Below are positions 60,070 to 64,000 of a stretch of 64,000 bases of DNA, piece by piece (position 1 is the stretch's first letter; every line of letters starts with the position of its first letter). Both the position numbers and the translations under genes were made by a program. Source of the stretch: Candidatus Cloacimonadales bacterium (lineage in GTDB: Bacteria; Cloacimonadota; Cloacimonadia; Cloacimonadales; JAIOQZ01); contig OY762463.1 of NCBI GenBank assembly GCA_963665815.1, positions 2,240,001-2,304,000 of the forward strand, written 5' to 3'. The notes below the pieces were generated by a model, which was not told where the DNA came from, ran no database searches, and saw only the letters and a list, made by a program, of their open reading frames with translations.

Positions 60070-60169
60070 GTTTATCCTATGTTAAAAATTAATATATCAG
60101 TAAACAAAAAAGTTGAAATAAGGTCAAGAATTTTGTTGATACCGTATATACAAAGCTATCTAAAAGTTA

Positions 60170-60685
60170 CTATTTTTTGATTTTTTCGATACTGTTAATT
60201 GACTTCTCTATTATTGGAGCAAACTCTTTCATGTAAGAGCTTTTCATATAGAAATCTATTCTATAAACAGCATCCAGTTTAAGATATACGTGTATCATCG
60301 GCTTGGGGTGAGATCCTATTATATACTGCTTTATGGGGATATCATTTATTTCTCTTGCCCTGTAGAGAAGTTTCAATCCTTTGAATTCTCCTTTCTGCTT
60401 AAGCTGATAGATTTTTTCAATATTCTCCCATTTCACTTTGTTGATTTTTGTCAGCATTACAGTAAAATCAGAATCATCTTTTCTTGTATATACAGAAATT
60501 AGCTGAGTTCTGTTGAGACTATCCTGAACAGCAACATAAATACCCATCTGCTGTAGATTTTTACCAAGTATTCTCACCATGGAATCCGGAACTGTATATG
60601 AAAATGTTCCTTCAATATCTATTTTTTCTGCACATGCGATTGCAGAGATAACCATTATTATCAATATCAACATTAATCTTTTCAT
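60170..60685 (-). CDS. Secreted hypothetical protein
   Basis: GGAG RBS, signal peptide, 171 aa. Confidence 0.65.
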   Translation of the reverse strand: MKRLMLILIIMVISAIACAEKIDIEGTFSYTVPDSMVRILGKNLQQMGIYVAVQDSLNRTQLISVYTRKDDSDFTVMLTKINKVKWENIEKIYQLKQKGEFKGLKLLYRAREINDIPIKQYIIGSHPKPMIHVYLKLDAVYRIDFYMKSSYMKEFAPIIEKSINSIEKIKK

Positions 60686-60848
60686 TTTTTTTCTCCATTA
60701 CTGAACTATGTGGCGAAGTTGGGTTTATATGTCAAGGATAAGGTTCACGATTGTTTCATCCAATCAAATATCCTTATCATTACACTATTTTATTGACATT
60801 TTTCCTTATTATAGCAATTATCCGGATATAAAAATATAGAGGGGTGAT

Positions 60849-61793
60849 ATGAGACTCAAATTTTTACTAATTATTCTTATCGGTATTTTGTTTTGGGGAT
60901 GTAACAACAGTAATAATGTTACCGTTCTTAATCCGGTTGACTCCCTTGGCTGGCAGGAAAGTGAAGAATTCTATTTTACGCTTGTTAATTCAATATGTTC
61001 CAGTGGAGACTTACTCATTGTTAATGATGCTATGGATAGATCTATTAATGTATTTGATAAAAACACACTGGAGTTCAAATATAAATTTGGTGAAGAAGGC
61101 AATGGCCCTGGTGAGTTCTATACGATTTTTTATATTGCTGCTGACAATGAACATATTTATACTGCGGATTTACCAATGTCCCGATTAAGTATGTTCTCGT
61201 TGACAGGAGACTATATTAACTCCTTCAAAGCAGATAATATCTATCACATGGCTGCATCAAACAATTATGTCTATGGAACAGCAACACCATTTCTCGATAA
61301 TGCAGAAGTATATAGAATTCAGGCAGATTCCGTTATGAATATTTTTGACGTACATAAATGGGCTGCAAAGAAATATGGAGTAACTTATGAAGAAAAAAAT
61401 AAGTTGAACAAATGGTACAACATTGAAACTTTAGGAGATAACCTTCTCATCTCATTGAGATTACTACCCCATAAGGTTTTGATAGATAACAACGGAAAGA
61501 TCCTCTATGATGAATACGAGAAACCTGTTATCACAGAAAACGTCGACATGATCTGGTATGGACAGATTAAGGAATACAAACAAGGATTTATTCAACCTGC
61601 TTCGTTAATAGAGAATAATAAGATATTCAAAGTCAATCTGTATTATTACAAAGATAACAAGATTGTAAAAGCATGGGAAATGAACACCGGCAGCAAACAA
61701 TTTATCCATGAGTATAATTGGCTTCTTGATGAAGATAATATCTGGATGTTTGATATTAATAAACCCGTTCTTTACAAGTATTCATTGAAATAA
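60849..61793 (+). CDS. 6-bladed beta-propeller (NHL-like) lipoprotein, paralog 1
   Basis: Lipobox FWGC; KFGEEGNGPGEF; RLSMFSLTGDYI. Confidence 0.82.
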   Translation: MRLKFLLIILIGILFWGCNNSNNVTVLNPVDSLGWQESEEFYFTLVNSICSSGDLLIVNDAMDRSINVFDKNTLEFKYKFGEEGNGPGEFYTIFYIAADNEHIYTADLPMSRLSMFSLTGDYINSFKADNIYHMAASNNYVYGTATPFLDNAEVYRIQADSVMNIFDVHKWAAKKYGVTYEEKNKLNKWYNIETLGDNLLISLRLLPHKVLIDNNGKILYDEYEKPVITENVDMIWYGQIKEYKQGFIQPASLIENNKIFKVNLYYYKDNKIVKAWEMNTGSKQFIHEYNWLLDEDNIWMFDINKPVLYKYSLK

Positions 61794-61830
61794 CTCAGAG
61801 ATCGAAAAGAATTAAAAAGGATGAAGCATT

Positions 61831-62775
61831 TTGAAACACATTTATTCACTAATTATTCTTACAGGTATTTTGCTTTGGGGATGTAACAACAGCGGTAAAA
61901 CCAAAGTTCTCAATCCTGTTGATTCTCTCGGCTGGCAGGAAAGTGAAGAATATTACTTCCAACAGGCTAACGTAATAAAAAGCTATAACAACACATTATA
62001 CATTGGAAACAATGCCTCCGGAGAGATATTTGCATTTGATTCTGCCAGTAAACTATTTAAATTCAAGTTTGGTAAAAACGGCAAAGGTCCGGGTGAATTC
62101 ACAAACATAACTGATATAGAAGTGTTTAAAGATAAGATTTTTACAGCAGATTTCAGAGGTTCCAGAATTTCCGTATTCTCACTCGAAGGTGATTTTGTGA
62201 GACAATTCAAATCTGACCTTGCTTTCTTCCTCGAAAGTACAGATAAAACCATATTTGGTTCCAGATTTCCCGTTGCACCCGATTCAAAGCTGTTTAGTAT
62301 TGATGGAGATTCCCTGAAGCACATATTTGATGCACATGAATGGGCAGCTGAAAACTACGGATTGAAATACGAAGACAAAAACGTACTGAACAGATGGTAT
62401 AATTTCAATACAATTGATGATAATCTTCTTATTGCCATGAGATTTGCTCCTTATATGGTACTTGTTAATGAATCAGGAAATATTCTTGATCAGAATTATG
62501 AAGATCCACCTGTTAAGCATGATGCCGATATGATGGTCTATGGAAAACCGCAACAGTATGAAGAAGGCTTCATTCTACCTGTCAGTTATTTCTGGAATAA
62601 AGATGACGAAAAAAGCTATTTGTACTACTATAAGAACAACAAAATAGTACGAGAATGGTATCTTGATCTAAATAGTCAAAGAGCTATGCTTTTCTATAAC
62701 TGGGATCTTACCGATAACGTTGCCTGGATTCCTATGCTGGAAGGAGACAGGCTTTATAAGTTCGTGATTGAGTAG
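61831..62775 (+). CDS. 6-bladed beta-propeller (NHL-like) lipoprotein, paralog 2
   Basis: TTG start; lipobox LWGC; KFGKNGKGPGEF; shares VLNPVDSLGWQESEE with paralog 1. Confidence 0.82.
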   Translation: MKHIYSLIILTGILLWGCNNSGKTKVLNPVDSLGWQESEEYYFQQANVIKSYNNTLYIGNNASGEIFAFDSASKLFKFKFGKNGKGPGEFTNITDIEVFKDKIFTADFRGSRISVFSLEGDFVRQFKSDLAFFLESTDKTIFGSRFPVAPDSKLFSIDGDSLKHIFDAHEWAAENYGLKYEDKNVLNRWYNFNTIDDNLLIAMRFAPYMVLVNESGNILDQNYEDPPVKHDADMMVYGKPQQYEEGFILPVSYFWNKDDEKSYLYYYKNNKIVREWYLDLNSQRAMLFYNWDLTDNVAWIPMLEGDRLYKFVIE

Positions 62776-62801
62776 TAAAATGGCAAAAATAATTGCTATA
62801 T

Positions 62802-62831
62802 AAAAAAAGCACCTGCTGATGCAGATGCTTT
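62802..62831. terminator. Terminator between the beta-propeller genes and the tRNA operon
   Basis: A7-GCACCTGC-TGAT-GCAGATGCTTT hairpin; T tract on the minus strand. Confidence 0.7.
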
Positions 62832-62842
62832 GTATATTAAAG

Positions 62843-62917
62843 TGGCAATCCCTAGGGGAGTCGAACCCCTGTTGCAGGAATGAAAATCCTGAGTCCTAAC
62901 CACTAGACGAAGGGATC
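62843..62917 (-). tRNA. tRNA-Glu (anticodon TTC)
   Basis: GATCCCTTCGTCTAGTGGTTAGGACTCAGGATTTTCATTCCTGCAACAGGGGTTCGACTCCCCTAGGGATTGCCA: cloverleaf, T-loop GTTCGA, encoded CCA. Confidence 0.97.
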
Positions 62918-62938
62918 GTCAAATTTTAAAGATCAAAA

Positions 62939-63013
62939 TGGTGAGCCTGGATGGATTCGAACCATCGACTCTCTGCTTAAAAGGCAGATACTCTACCACT
63001 GAGTTACAAGCCC
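62939..63013 (-). tRNA. tRNA-Lys (anticodon TTT)
   Basis: GGGCTTGTAACTCAGTGGTAGAGTATCTGCCTTTTAAGCAGAGAGTCGATGGTTCGAATCCATCCAGGCTCACCA. Confidence 0.97.
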
Positions 63014-63091
63014 ATATCGATTTACGTGTGTCAACTTATGAAAGGCGTTTTTTGCTGTCAAGAATAAATTTTGAAAAAAATAAAATTCACC

Positions 63092-63733
63092 CTAAATCTG
63101 CGATAAAGCCCCTACAAATGGGTTCTGAATCTTCTCATCACCAATTGTAGTTTCATCTCCATGACCAGGTAAAACCTTTGTGTCATCATCCAGTTGCCAC
63201 AACTTTTCTTTGATTGATTCAATGATCTTTTCCATGGAACCGTCCGGAAAATCCGTTCGACCAATACTGTTTTCAAATATAGTATCACCTGAAAACAGCA
63301 GATTGTCAACTAAAAAACATACAGATCCGGAAGTATGTCCCGGAGTATGTATTACCATTATATTACTACCACCAATATTGATGATATCTCCATCATTCAG
63401 TATTCTGTCTGCAGGATCAAATTTTATCTCATTATCCATAAAACTGCTTAAGTTTTTTTCAGGATTTATCAGCTTCTCCGCATCATGCTTATGAATGGCA
63501 ACACTGGCATTGGTCTTTTCTTTGAAAAAATCCAATCCACCAATATGATCCCCATGACCATGAGTCAGAAGAATATGACTGATTTCAATTTCTTCCTTTT
63601 TGAGGAAATTTACAACTTTATCCGATGCATCTGCCGGATCAACCAGCACACCGCAACTGCAGTCCTTATCATAAATAACATAAGTATTTGTGCCAAAAGA
63701 CGGCAGAAGATTAAAAACTTTATACTTTACCAT
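63092..63733 (-). CDS. MBL-fold metallo-hydrolase (glyoxalase II-like)
   Basis: THGHGDHIGG, HTPGHTSGS, FSGDT.F..SIGRTDFP.G, PGHG. Confidence 0.93.
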   Translation of the reverse strand: MVKYKVFNLLPSFGTNTYVIYDKDCSCGVLVDPADASDKVVNFLKKEEIEISHILLTHGHGDHIGGLDFFKEKTNASVAIHKHDAEKLINPEKNLSSFMDNEIKFDPADRILNDGDIINIGGSNIMVIHTPGHTSGSVCFLVDNLLFSGDTIFENSIGRTDFPDGSMEKIIESIKEKLWQLDDDTKVLPGHGDETTIGDEKIQNPFVGALSQI

Positions 63734-63741
63734 TGCTTCCC

Positions 63742-64000
63742 CTATAGCTTGTATTCATTTACAAAATCTTCATTAACATTCTCAACTATGATGGCATTGT
63801 TAAGAGCATAGTTCTGACCGTATCGTACTTCAGCAGATTTAACATCTTTATTCGTGTAATAAAGCACTAATCTCGCTGCAAGTTCGATTTCAGGTTTTGA
63901 TACTACTCCGAGATGAAAGATCACTCCGATTGGTCCACGCATATTCGGCACCTTAAGAACAGGTTCTGTAGTAACTTTATCAGCCATAATCTTGATGTCA
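63742..64000 (-). CDS. 5'-truncated gene; C-terminus resembles the DUF814/NFACT-R RNA-binding tail of tRNA-thiolation-type proteins
   Basis: Frame is open to the window edge; GPIGVI...EIELAARLVLYYT pattern. Confidence 0.45.
   Translation of the reverse strand, partial: DIKIMADKVTTEPVLKVPNMRGPIGVIFHLGVVSKPEIELAARLVLYYTNKDVKSAEVRYGQNYALNNAIIVENVNEDFVNEYKL

Noticed and set aside
62776-63091. tRNA-anchored integrative element
   Set aside because: No integrase, and I found no duplicated tRNA 3' end elsewhere in the window.
62938-63150. 70-aa ORF on the + strand
   Set aside because: It is the antisense of tRNA-Lys and overlaps the MBL gene end; spurious.
842-63811. Numerous 60-160-aa ORFs nested antisense or out of frame within long genes
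   Set aside because: They are shadow ORFs of well-supported genes and lack motifs and RBSs.
1-64000. CRISPR array or cas genes
   Set aside because: No regularly spaced 25-40-nt repeats with unique spacers were seen. The repeated hairpins are terminators several kb apart.

Overview
AT-rich bacterial chromosomal segment, most likely from an anaerobic FCB-superphylum organism. Candidatus Cloacimonadota is my inference from the many secreted proteins ending in a 'YPNPFNP..T.I.(F/Y)S...IYNIKGQ.V..L...W.GKD..G..V.SGVYF...K..LLK' sorting/FlgD-Ig C-terminal domain (CTD). The window has about 45 genes. Housekeeping and metabolic genes include glyQ, tRNA-Glu, tRNA-Lys, a double-cubane-cluster reductase with its ATP-dependent activase, a LarA-family racemase, a DUF362 Fe-S protein, a 2-hydroxyacid dehydrogenase, a lipoate-ligase-like protein, a membrane polyferredoxin-FNR fusion and a PHP/GT2/GT4/YfhO envelope operon. 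There is also a hybrid histidine kinase and a dense set of large secreted or surface proteins. The most interesting signals are: (1) a candidate non-cellulolytic cohesin-dockerin assembly, made of a 1454-aa CTD-less protein with a dockerin-like tail, a co-transcribed CTD protein with a cohesin-like N-terminus, and a distant paralog with that module duplicated like a scaffoldin; (2) a ~145-nt intergenic element present twice in inverted orientation, with compensatory base changes in its hairpins; (3) an AT-rich TcmP + radical-SAM (CX3CX3C) cassette; (4) paralogous surface proteins with swapped N-terminal domains, plus decayed relics. I saw no CRISPR array, integrase, transposase or reverse transcriptase. 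All domain calls come from motif recognition by eye; no database searches were run.
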